A program made the position numbers and the translations under genes. Below are positions 46,201 through 54,304 of a DNA stretch of 64,000 nt, piece after piece. Below the pieces are notes generated by a model that did no database searches, was not told the origin of the DNA, and saw only the letters and a list, made by a program, of their open reading frames with translations. Position 1 is the first letter of the stretch; every line of letters starts with the position of its first letter. Origin of the DNA: Candidatus Latescibacterota bacterium (GTDB taxonomy: Bacteria > Latescibacterota > UBA2968 > UBA8231); assembly GCA_965261395.1 (NCBI GenBank), contig OZ253462.1, positions 32,001-96,000 of the forward strand, in the 5' to 3' direction.

Positions 46201-46559
46201 GACTCGATGATGCCTGGCACCGTACCGATCTCGTACGTCTGACCGCCTACGCGCAGTTCCTGGTCATTGCCGTCCTTGACCCGCCCACCCCAGATGATGC
46301 CGTCCTGGAAGATGACTTGGTCGATCGAGCGCGGGTAAGTCACGCCCGAATTGCCGTTGAGCGGATTGCGAGCCGACCAGCCATCGCTTTGGATCCACAT
46401 GGCCATATTGTTGATGTTGAGCTGGGTCCGCTCGGTGGACACCACGATATCGTCTTGGGCCAGTTTGGCGGCCGGTGCGCCCCGACCTTCGCGGGCCTGG
46501 ACAGTGCCGACTAGGAACAAGAGCGTCGCCACCACAAATAGGTAAACAAACTTTCTCAT
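43269..46559 (-). CDS. Large acidic secreted protein with a T9SS type-A/FlgD-Ig-like C-terminal domain
   Basis: Signal peptide, C-terminal INVFPNPY...IRIFDMSGTLVRTI...WDLQNQNQLPVASGMYI, and an Fn3-like segment (FEGYNVY...YYFAVTAY). Confidence 0.82.
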   Translation of the reverse strand: MRKFVYLFVVATLLFLVGTVQAREGRGAPAAKLAQDDIVVSTERTQLNINNMAMWIQSDGWSARNPLNGNSGVTYPRSIDQVIFQDGIIWGGRVKDGNDQELRVGGQTYEIGTVPGIIESKGVAQDRDTARLYRIRRDWATADLRLDASEVLNIGLSAVTAAHEEAVRAQYERDWMEWPADQGAPYYDNDGNGQYDPAVDEPGLASADQVIWFAINDLDQGATTSLYGSLPIGLETQVTLWGYARSDALGDVIFKKYKIIYKGTAEATDDAVIEDMYFAQWSDPDLGDFGDDFAGADVGLSLGYVYNSIDDDSHYVSFGLAPPAAGYDFLQGPIVPVYQLDDDGNIAVDDDGNQLLDENSVAIFNEGLRPGYKNLPMTAFVYFAAGSAISDPELGEYIGTQQWYNLLRGFQPQDDVENPVPYTNPLTNADTKFTLDGDPTRATGWNDGVPLPAGDRRIVLATGSFEMALGDTQEVVVALLGAISSDRLRSVSKLKFTDQFVQDAYNNFFQVPKPPTQPKVRLVELDQTIVLNWGWDPESVAKTESVGSPGFEFEGYNVYQLPSVEATLSQGTKIATFDLVNGVTTILGIALDEQSGVVLDVPLQIGSDGGLQRYITMTRDALRSGPLVNGQQYYFAVTAYSRATSEEAATTTTLESSPQTIICVPQVAPPGITRTHEAPGEVLPAEHTKGIGDASVWPMVVDPTALQQSAYKVTFNDDATWSLSRGGEILVDRESNISLDESYPIVEGIQVKVGNLVFTNPTTYISAQVTNDADPEDGDLSLWGDGTLFGYSDGYGSTFWEGGGAGDNRLVRDIEFRFTGVWDADSTAIVEGGSMATLGGVSGGSGERDIAAHPFKPAEVSDSTGAFLQRVPFEIWDVEDPDNPRQLNAVFFDRGADGSRDDGSVVYHQTYNMPGRDYITIVHTDYDPTKIHELTDDNTTWVYFFSQGGASVWSTGDVLKITIGNTVVAGEDEFEFSVTAATYSEALAKENVEKINVFPNPYLGVNLAETSRYSHFVTFSYLPPKANIRIFDMSGTLVRTIEKDDPSQFTRWDLQNQNQLPVASGMYIAHIELPGIGESRILKLAVIQEQQFLENF

Positions 46560-46574
46560 AGCTTTCTCTCTTTC

Positions 46575-49500
46575 CTAGAAATCGAACTGCAGACCGAAGC
46601 GAATCTGGCGCGGCGCATCGTAGATATCGCCGCCCTCGTTGGACCAGTAAGCTTGGCGATTGGCCAAGTTGATCGCCTCGTAGAGTTGCACGTACTGCTG
46701 CCCGCCGCTGGCCTCGACGATTTGCTGACTCAGCTCCGGGTTGGTCAGGAAGCCGTCGTCCTTGTCGGTGCCGGTGCGGTTGTACACGTTGAGCACGTTC
46801 TTGCGATTGAAAAGGTTGATAACATAGCTATAGACCTTGGCGTTGAGACCAAACAGCGAGAAGCTCTTGTCGATGCGCAGGTTGGTCTGGAAGGTCCACG
46901 GCGTCGTCGAGCGGTTGATCGACTCAAGCGGCTTGCGCGAGCGTGGGTCGAAGCTGTCGAGTACGCCGGCGTTTTCTGGACCGCGCTGACCGATCGAACC
47001 GGTGACTAAGGTAAAGTTGTGCCCGCTCGTGAAGCTCATCAGCAGATTGGCCCCTAAACTCCGCAGAATTGGGTTGGGCTCGTTGTCGGGGTAGCGGTAG
47101 TCTAGGTAGATCGAGCCGCGGTGCGTCTCGTTAAAGTCGAGCGGCGAGATGATCGTCGGCAGGTTGGTCCCGTTCTCAACCCCGGAAATGGCCGAGCCGG
47201 TCGATGAACCCGTGCCGCGTGCGTCTGACAGGGTGTAGTTCAGTTCGGTGCGTAGGTTATTGACGCGCCGGAGCTTGAATTGGAACTCGATGCCCTTGGT
47301 CGTGGCGAAGTCGCCGTTTTGCAGATAGGCGTACGCGCCAGCGTCAACCGCGCTAGTCGAGAGCTGCTGCTTGCGCAACTGCAGCTGCCCTTTGACGTCG
47401 CGGTAGAAGCCCGTGATGTCGAAGGAGGCGGATTCGGCGAACTGACGCTCGAAGCCAATTTCGTACTGGGTAGTCCGCATCGGCTCGATGTCGTAGGCGG
47501 TCGGATAGCGAATGTAGTTCTGGCCGCCCAACTCTAGGGCAAGGCGCGCGCCACCGGCAAACATGGAGCGCATCGCCGGCATTTGCGAGAAACGCCCGTA
47601 TTGCACGTGAAAAACCGTCAAATCCGACACCGGGAACGACATCCCCAAACGCGGGCTAATATCAGTGTACGTGGCGGTCTTTTCCATCGACGCGAGGTCA
47701 ATGGTGTAGTTTGTCGGGTCGCGCACCGGTGCGGCCGGATCCTTGAAGCGCCAGCTATCCGCGTCGAAGTAGTCGATGCGTAGACCGGCGTTGATGATCA
47801 GGTCATTATACTCGACTTTGTCCTGGATAAAGACGGCACCTACCGTCGGGTGGCGCGGTGCCTCTAGTCCCTCGCTGTCGGCCTCGCGGCCGAACTCGTC
47901 GAAGCCGAAGAAATCGCTGGCACTGGTCGAGCGCAGCAATCTGATCAGATCCTGCTTGCTACCCTTGCCATCGTCAAGACCCTCGGCTGTCTCGATCAAC
48001 TCGTCGAGGATCTCGGCTTCGCTGATCTCATCGTTGTAGTAGCGGTCGTACACCGCGTCTAGCTCAGGATAGGTATTGGCTATCCCCGAGCGGATCGAAC
48101 GCAACGAGATCGAATAGCGCCGCGAGGTCCAATTTTGATAGTCGAAACCAGCCCTGATCTGATGCACGTCGGTCTGCTTGGTCCAGCTACCGGCCAGCCC
48201 CCAATAGCCATCCGACGTGGTGCCGTAGGAGGTCGTACGCGAACCCGGGCGGTTGAAGGGAAAGCCGGCCAGATCGTAGGGCCTAGGCCCCGAACCCTGC
48301 TGGGTATAGGGCGTGTACTCGCCCGTGCCCTCGAGGGCACGCTGGACGGCCACGCTGTCGTTATACACCCACCACCGATCCTCGAAAAGCGGGTCGTAGG
48401 ACGTGGCCTCCTGCTTGTAGAGACTCACGTTGAGTTCGTAGAACATGCTCTTGTCGAGCAGGTGGGTGAGCTTGGCGTTAATCAGGTTGGAGGACGCTTC
48501 CGACTCGACCAAACGCCGGGTGTTAAAAGCATTGCGGATGGGCGCTCCGTTGCTTTCAAAACTCCCGTCCGAGTACAGATTCGTGAGGCGGAGCTGGACG
48601 GGGTAGTAGTCGAGCAGCAAGGTCCCGTTGAAAATGTTCCCTACACTACTCGTGTGCGGAATATTGCCGGGCTTGATTTCGAGCTGCTCGATCCGGTCGG
48701 GAACGGGATCGCCCTCCTCGTCCTCGCCCCAGTGCCGGCGGCCACCGCGGAGACCGGTGTCTTCGAGATCCTCGAAGGTAAAACCCGACCAGTAGGTCGG
48801 CCAAGAACCGAGGTTGAAGCGCTGACCGGCCAAGAAGGCGCGAATCTTCTGGTTTCCCGCAACCGGACCACCGGCGGTGATCACCTGATTGGAATAGCCG
48901 TAGGAATAGGTGCCGAAGCGCTGCTCATAGTCGGAGGTAAAATTGTCCGACTCAGAGACGATCTCGAAGTCCCAGTCGCTGCCGCCGGTGCGCAACTCTT
49001 GCAGGATAATGCCGGCGTTGGCACCGCCGTACTCGGCGTTGAAGCCGCCGGCCTGGAGCTGGATTTCCTCCAGTGCCTCGACGATCAGTCCCACCGCGCT
49101 GGCACCAGTGACCACATTGCGGACGCTGGCCCCCTCGACGTAGTAGCCGATCTCGTCGCCGCGCGAGCCGCGGATGTGCAACGTCCCCTCGTCCTCAACC
49201 ACGCCGGTCTGCAGGGCCAAGACTTGGCCGACGCCTCGGAGTGGCAGAATTTCGAGATCCTCGGCATTGACGATGCGCACCGCATTGGTGGCGTTTTTGT
49301 CGATGATCGGCCGCTCGGCTCGGATTACCACTTCCTCGACCTGGATATCCGAAGAAGTCAATTCAACGGCGATATTCGTAGTCAGGTCGGCGGAGACCCG
49401 CACATCCTCGACGGTATAATCCGCGTAGCCGATATACGTGGCCTTGAGGGTGTAGGTGCCCGCTGATACGTTGAGAATAAAGAAGCGGCCCTTTTCGTCC

Positions 49501-49685
49501 GCTGTGGCCCCTAGTTTGGTACCTACCACCACGACATTGGCATGGGGCAGCCCATCCCCGGTGGTGGCATCTTTGACGGCACCAGCTATTTTGCCGCCTG
49601 TACTGGCCTCGGCCGGAGCCAAGCTCAGCGCGAGCAGAACGCCCAGTGCGGTTAGGACGCGAAAAACGCCTTCAAACTTGGTCAT
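46575..49685 (-). CDS. TonB-dependent receptor with an N-terminal carboxypeptidase-regulatory-like domain
   Basis: GKIAGAVKDATTGDGLPHANV, HIRGSR, GGFNAEYG, NAGLRIDY, PRQIRFGLQFDF. Confidence 0.92.
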   Translation of the reverse strand: MTKFEGVFRVLTALGVLLALSLAPAEASTGGKIAGAVKDATTGDGLPHANVVVVGTKLGATADEKGRFFILNVSAGTYTLKATYIGYADYTVEDVRVSADLTTNIAVELTSSDIQVEEVVIRAERPIIDKNATNAVRIVNAEDLEILPLRGVGQVLALQTGVVEDEGTLHIRGSRGDEIGYYVEGASVRNVVTGASAVGLIVEALEEIQLQAGGFNAEYGGANAGIILQELRTGGSDWDFEIVSESDNFTSDYEQRFGTYSYGYSNQVITAGGPVAGNQKIRAFLAGQRFNLGSWPTYWSGFTFEDLEDTGLRGGRRHWGEDEEGDPVPDRIEQLEIKPGNIPHTSSVGNIFNGTLLLDYYPVQLRLTNLYSDGSFESNGAPIRNAFNTRRLVESEASSNLINAKLTHLLDKSMFYELNVSLYKQEATSYDPLFEDRWWVYNDSVAVQRALEGTGEYTPYTQQGSGPRPYDLAGFPFNRPGSRTTSYGTTSDGYWGLAGSWTKQTDVHQIRAGFDYQNWTSRRYSISLRSIRSGIANTYPELDAVYDRYYNDEISEAEILDELIETAEGLDDGKGSKQDLIRLLRSTSASDFFGFDEFGREADSEGLEAPRHPTVGAVFIQDKVEYNDLIINAGLRIDYFDADSWRFKDPAAPVRDPTNYTIDLASMEKTATYTDISPRLGMSFPVSDLTVFHVQYGRFSQMPAMRSMFAGGARLALELGGQNYIRYPTAYDIEPMRTTQYEIGFERQFAESASFDITGFYRDVKGQLQLRKQQLSTSAVDAGAYAYLQNGDFATTKGIEFQFKLRRVNNLRTELNYTLSDARGTGSSTGSAISGVENGTNLPTIISPLDFNETHRGSIYLDYRYPDNEPNPILRSLGANLLMSFTSGHNFTLVTGSIGQRGPENAGVLDSFDPRSRKPLESINRSTTPWTFQTNLRIDKSFSLFGLNAKVYSYVINLFNRKNVLNVYNRTGTDKDDGFLTNPELSQQIVEASGGQQYVQLYEAINLANRQAYWSNEGGDIYDAPRQIRFGLQFDF

Positions 49686-49721
49686 GTGTTCCTCCTTTGT
49701 AGGGTAGTTCTCAATACCCCT

Positions 49722-50435
49722 TCACATCAGATGCAACCAGTCTCCTAAGAGAAAGGTCGTGCGCCCGATCAACAGCGAAACCCTCGCCATAATGGTGTAA
49801 CCAAACGAAGCCCCAAACGAGACCATCAAAAACCATATCCCCACCTTGGAAATATGACCCGCCGCGCCGGTGTGCTCGACAGAAAAGAAGAAATAAACCA
49901 ACACCCCGACAACCCCCACTAGGACGATCAGCAAATTGAGCCCCTCCAAGCTCCAAGTCAGTGGTTGTAATGTAGGTTCAACTTGGGCCAAGATAAAGGA
50001 AGAAATATAGCGGGGGATCGTCAGGCCGGCCCCGAGGCCCACAAAGAATGCAAAAGCATAGCGGCTGAGCCAACCAAAGCGCAGCGAAAAGCGCGTCAAC
50101 ATCAACAGCCCGAGCACTGTCGGAGCCAAAAGCCACCAATTGGGCGTCTCCCCCTCCCCCGGATCGGTCCATTCGGCGATGACCTCGCCGTAGATCGTCG
50201 GGTACCAAGTCTGGCCGAATATATAGGCCGCTGCCACGCCGACGAAGACGTGCTCGGCAAACTTAAAAAGCGGATTGTCCTTGTAGAGGAAACTATAAAG
50301 CGCCAAGGTCATGCCCGCCGCGACAATGATGCCCAAACCCATCCAGTCCGCCGCCAAAATTCCACTGGCCACTAAGCCGATATTGACAGCGGCAAACAGC
50401 AGGATCACGCCCAAAAAGACATTCGTATCGCGCAT
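49722..50435 (-). CDS. Uncharacterised multi-pass membrane protein (GlmL-associated module)
   Basis: About 7 hydrophobic segments. Motifs YSFLYKDNPLFKFAEHVFVG and FLMVSFGASFGYTIMAR. Confidence 0.8.
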   Translation of the reverse strand: MRDTNVFLGVILLFAAVNIGLVASGILAADWMGLGIIVAAGMTLALYSFLYKDNPLFKFAEHVFVGVAAAYIFGQTWYPTIYGEVIAEWTDPGEGETPNWWLLAPTVLGLLMLTRFSLRFGWLSRYAFAFFVGLGAGLTIPRYISSFILAQVEPTLQPLTWSLEGLNLLIVLVGVVGVLVYFFFSVEHTGAAGHISKVGIWFLMVSFGASFGYTIMARVSLLIGRTTFLLGDWLHLM

Positions 50436-50443
50436 GGCGGCGA

Positions 50444-51274
50444 TCAGCTCCTCTGCTCGGATGAAGTTCGCCGAGCGGCGAAGTGCGCAATATTGCCGAG
50501 AATCACGAAGAGCGCGATGACCAAGTGAGCCATTGACTGGGCGCTCATGCCTTTGCTGGCACTGCCAGGACGTTCAATCAGGGTCTCGTATTCGGCTGCG
50601 CCGGCTAGACCACCGAGCAGGCCGCCAAGCTGTCCCGAGTCGAGGAAGGGATAGAGATCGGGAGCCATCACCGCGGTGCAGCCAGCGACAAAGGGAAAGC
50701 CGTACTTCTCCTGCCCGTAGGGGATCCACCAGAACTCAATCGAATCCCCGGCAGCTAGATCTAAGACGAGGGCGAAATCGCGCAGCGAGCGCAAACCGCG
50801 CGTCAAATCCAAGTCGCCAGTATCCGCGCCCCATTGGTCCTGCGGGAAGGCACTGCGGAAGTCCTGCCCCATATTGAGAATGACGCTAAAACCGCCCGGC
50901 TTGTAGCCCATAAAGGCATAATCCACCCCGTACTCCAAATCGAATTCAGCCGCTATCTCCTCCAGTACCTGTTGGGCCAGCCCCGGTGCCTCGGGCCACA
51001 GGCAAATGGCCACCACCTTGAGGTCGCGGCGGAAGGCGTGGCGCAAAATGGCATGCGACATCGGCAGCATTTCAGGTGCCGTGCTGGCACCGTAAGCAAA
51101 GGAAACCAGCACAATGTCCCCTGCGTCGAGTTTCTCGAACTGGTCGTACGCGGCTTTTACTTCGTCCGTCGGCGTGATCGGCAGGGACATCCCGGCCAGC
51201 AACGGCCCAGCCACGCTGATAAACACTAGGGCGAAAATAATGCGACGGTCGATCGCGAGCAGTCTGTGCATCAC
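50444..51274 (-). CDS. Uncharacterised membrane-anchored alpha/beta protein (GlmL-associated module)
   Basis: N- and C-terminal TM segments flank a soluble domain. Motifs DRRIIF, CTAVMAPDLYPF and GLAGAAEYE. Confidence 0.8.
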   Translation of the reverse strand: MMHRLLAIDRRIIFALVFISVAGPLLAGMSLPITPTDEVKAAYDQFEKLDAGDIVLVSFAYGASTAPEMLPMSHAILRHAFRRDLKVVAICLWPEAPGLAQQVLEEIAAEFDLEYGVDYAFMGYKPGGFSVILNMGQDFRSAFPQDQWGADTGDLDLTRGLRSLRDFALVLDLAAGDSIEFWWIPYGQEKYGFPFVAGCTAVMAPDLYPFLDSGQLGGLLGGLAGAAEYETLIERPGSASKGMSAQSMAHLVIALFVILGNIAHFAARRTSSEQRS

Positions 51275-51927
51275 TCAGCTCCTCCGCCCAAATACGAGCG
51301 CTCAATCCCAAAAATGATCCGCAGTGAGGTAGCAATAGCACCCAGCGACACGCCGAGCAAGATGCCGCGCTTGGCCGCCAAGTTGGGCACGGTCAACAGC
51401 CAATCGGACACCAGCGGAAAATACTCGGATATCTCCCGGCCAATGGGCACGCGACCCAGCATGACGATGACCGCCGCGACCAGTAGCAGCGCGGCCTCGG
51501 GCGTGCGGGCGCGGAAAGTTCGGTATGCCGCCGAGGCAATAAAGAAGGCCAGAAGCGAAAACATGGTCCCAGCACAGGGAAGGTGGACGTAGTCGAAGAG
51601 CCACTTATAGCCCCCGGCCTCAGCTTGCGCGACGAAGGGGCCCAAGCCGTCGTTGTACACGACGAAGCCCATCATCACCGCGAAGCTCAAAATGGCGATC
51701 AAGCTATAGGCCCAGCCGGCGACGCGCTGGCGAATCCGCTGCCAGTGCAGGTTGAGCAGGCTATAGAGGCCGAGCAAAAAGGAAAACGCGAAGACGATGC
51801 GCACCCATAGCGCCATCTCCCGCTCCAAACTCTGCGCGTGGCCGTGGGGTACATAGTAGATGACAATGCCGAGCATACCGAAGGCGAAGGCGACGACCAG
51901 CGGCAAAGTTCGACTAAGAAAAATCAT
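51271..51927 (-). CDS. Uncharacterised multi-pass membrane protein (GlmL-associated module)
   Basis: About 6 TM segments. Motif TMFSLLAFFIASAAYRTFRARTPEA. Confidence 0.8.
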   Translation of the reverse strand: MIFLSRTLPLVVAFAFGMLGIVIYYVPHGHAQSLEREMALWVRIVFAFSFLLGLYSLLNLHWQRIRQRVAGWAYSLIAILSFAVMMGFVVYNDGLGPFVAQAEAGGYKWLFDYVHLPCAGTMFSLLAFFIASAAYRTFRARTPEAALLLVAAVIVMLGRVPIGREISEYFPLVSDWLLTVPNLAAKRGILLGVSLGAIATSLRIIFGIERSYLGGGAE

Positions 51928-51936
51928 CGCGCCCTC

Positions 51937-53181
51937 CTAGGGGCTAAAAAAGTGCGTCAACTGCGGCCACCACTCCAAGGTCGCCAGCAGCGTACCCAGC
52001 ACTAAGACAGCCAGCAGAATGGCCTTACCGGCATCTTGGCCCTTGAGACTGCCCAGCATCCGCGGTTCGCCCGACAGATAAGCACTGGCTGCGTAGAGCT
52101 CTTCGCCGAGCAGGGTATAGTCGCAGGTAGTAATAAAGAACGGCAACTGGGTGAAAGCATCGGTGCCGGCGATCTGGATCGCCCCGGTCGTCGCCCCGGT
52201 CTCGGCTAACAGCAGCGACTCGGCGTAGAAATATCCCATCATAATGTGAGCCGCCGGACGGTCGCGGACCATAATGCCCTCGACTGCCGCCGCATAGCTG
52301 AACTGCTCGGTGCTAGCGACAAAGACGTGGTCGGGATTGAAAGCGTCGGGCCGTCCCGCCTCCACATACGAGGCTTTCACCGTCTCTTGGCTGACAGACA
52401 TAACTACTGGGTCTGGAGCCACCACCCGCAGCGCGGTGTCGTATTCGGCCGTGCGCCGCGCGACCCGCCCCAAGATATTGACCGCGGCAATGGTCGGTAT
52501 CTGGCTCATGTCGCGCAGACCGTGGATGAAAAGCACCGGCTTGCCCATCTCGGTCGCCCGCCCCAGCGCCTCGTCGAGTGCCTCTAACCCGGCGATGCGG
52601 CGGATCTTGAGTTTACGCCGCCGCGCAATGCCAATGTAGCCCATGATAAGCCCTGAGAACACAAGGCATAGTACCAGATTGTTGGTCTTGGCGCGATTAA
52701 AAAAATTACCTTTGGCCTCGGCATTGACGATCACCTTGCCGCGGATCGCGCCCCCGGCCGACCGCACATCGACGTGAAAGTAATAGGTCTTGCCGTCTTC
52801 TAGCGGTGTCTTGCCGCCCGCGCCGGCGAAATCCTCGACGTTGACATAGTGGTGATTCTCCAGATCGGCCCCACGCCCAAAGAGCGCCGGTGCCTCGGAC
52901 ATCAAATTCTTCGTGGCCGCAACCTCGGCCACGACGCGAAAAGGCCCGTTGGGCGAGTCGGCGATGGCGACCTGATACATCGCATTTTCACTGATCTGCT
53001 GATCTCGCGGCCAAGTCAGCGTAATGCTGCCGCCGCCGTCGTTGGGCGTGTCGAAGGCTTGGACCTCGATCGGCGGCCTAGGGTGTGCCAGCAACGCGCC
53101 GAGCCCTTGTTCCGCATTTTCCGCCGCGCTCGCCAACGGCCAAGCCAAGACTAATGCAGCCAGCCAGTTTTTTGCTCTCAT
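51937..53181 (-). CDS. DUF6754-like membrane protein with an exported Fn3-like domain
   Basis: Signal peptide, DTPNDGGGSITLTW Fn3-like region, TM segment, then IRRIAGLEALDEALGRATEMGKP and DYTLLGEELYAASAYL. Family name from recall. Confidence 0.75.
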   Translation of the reverse strand: MRAKNWLAALVLAWPLASAAENAEQGLGALLAHPRPPIEVQAFDTPNDGGGSITLTWPRDQQISENAMYQVAIADSPNGPFRVVAEVAATKNLMSEAPALFGRGADLENHHYVNVEDFAGAGGKTPLEDGKTYYFHVDVRSAGGAIRGKVIVNAEAKGNFFNRAKTNNLVLCLVFSGLIMGYIGIARRRKLKIRRIAGLEALDEALGRATEMGKPVLFIHGLRDMSQIPTIAAVNILGRVARRTAEYDTALRVVAPDPVVMSVSQETVKASYVEAGRPDAFNPDHVFVASTEQFSYAAAVEGIMVRDRPAAHIMMGYFYAESLLLAETGATTGAIQIAGTDAFTQLPFFITTCDYTLLGEELYAASAYLSGEPRMLGSLKGQDAGKAILLAVLVLGTLLATLEWWPQLTHFFSP

Positions 53182-53185
53182 GTCT

Positions 53186-54301
53186 TTATTCCTCAATCAG
53201 CTCCACATTCGCCCGTGGCACTACCGCCTGCTTCCCGTCTTCAAACTCCACGGCCAATACCCGCACTCGCGCCCCAGACTCCACCGCGCACAACTCGGTC
53301 GGCAAATCACTGACGCGCCCAATCCGCCCAAAATAGGGCATCCGAATCACTCGCAACAAATCACCCACCTGCAACCCTTCCGCGCCCGCCCGCACCTCTT
53401 CTTCTTCTTTGTCAGCGGCTGTGGGGACGATAATCTCCGGCCGCAACACACCAGCGCGGATCTGGGTCGCTCCAGCCATGGACGCATCCATGCCAGCGCA
53501 CGCTTGCAAAATATCAAAAGTCTTGCGGGCCATGGCGACGCGGCCGAAGCCCTCGGTCGCGACCACGGTCAGGCCGATTTGCTCGGTGCCGGTGATGGCC
53601 ACGCCTAAATCGCGGCCGAGCAGGTCGCGCAAGTCGCGGTCGCGCAGGCCGCCGCCGATCAACCCCACGGCACCTGCCTGCCGGGCCTGTTCCACGGTCT
53701 CCGTGCTAATCAGGCTGCCAACCACCACAACCTTGCCCGCCACTTCCGGTCCCAGCGGCCCGGCGATGGCGTCTGGGGCATCAACCGCCAAGTGCAGTGC
53801 GCCCCAGCACTCGCCCCCCACGCCGAAAATGCCCTGGATATAAGCACCTCGCGCTGCGACGCGCACGCCTTCCTCGGCAAAAACTTTCTCGACGACCCCA
53901 TCGACGTACGCCAGTACTTCGACCGGCTTAGGCGCTTGGCGCAGTATCACCTGCCCAGTCACTGGCGAAATGCTCTCAACGGTGCCGCTGACCGGCGATT
54001 CAACTGTGGTCTTGAACCACCGAATAAACGGCCTAGTCTCGGCGAGCGGCTCGCCGGCTTCGATTCGGTCGCCCTCGTTTTTGAGCATATAGCCAGCTAG
54101 CTCTTGCGGCGGGATGCCCAAGCGGTTGACCAAGTTGAGGGTCGCCACATCGCCCGGCAGTTCAGTGCGGGCCACGACTTGGTCGCGGCGCACTGCTTGG
54201 CCGCGCTCGACGACCACTTGGCCTTTGAGGGGCAAACGCCGCTCTTTGTGGACGACTGCGTGTTGCGTCACGCGCAGTCCAGGAGTATAAGCATGGGCCA
54301 T
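53186..54301 (-). CDS. Uncharacterised soluble protein with barrel-sandwich-hybrid repeats and a C-terminal KOW/SH3-like domain
   Basis: GQVVVERGQAV, EGDRIEAGEPLA and ESPVSGTVESI; C-terminal LQVGDLLRVIRMPYFGRIGRV...VPRANVELI. Confidence 0.75.
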   Translation of the reverse strand: MAHAYTPGLRVTQHAVVHKERRLPLKGQVVVERGQAVRRDQVVARTELPGDVATLNLVNRLGIPPQELAGYMLKNEGDRIEAGEPLAETRPFIRWFKTTVESPVSGTVESISPVTGQVILRQAPKPVEVLAYVDGVVEKVFAEEGVRVAARGAYIQGIFGVGGECWGALHLAVDAPDAIAGPLGPEVAGKVVVVGSLISTETVEQARQAGAVGLIGGGLRDRDLRDLLGRDLGVAITGTEQIGLTVVATEGFGRVAMARKTFDILQACAGMDASMAGATQIRAGVLRPEIIVPTAADKEEEEVRAGAEGLQVGDLLRVIRMPYFGRIGRVSDLPTELCAVESGARVRVLAVEFEDGKQAVVPRANVELIEE

Positions 54302-54304
54302 GAG

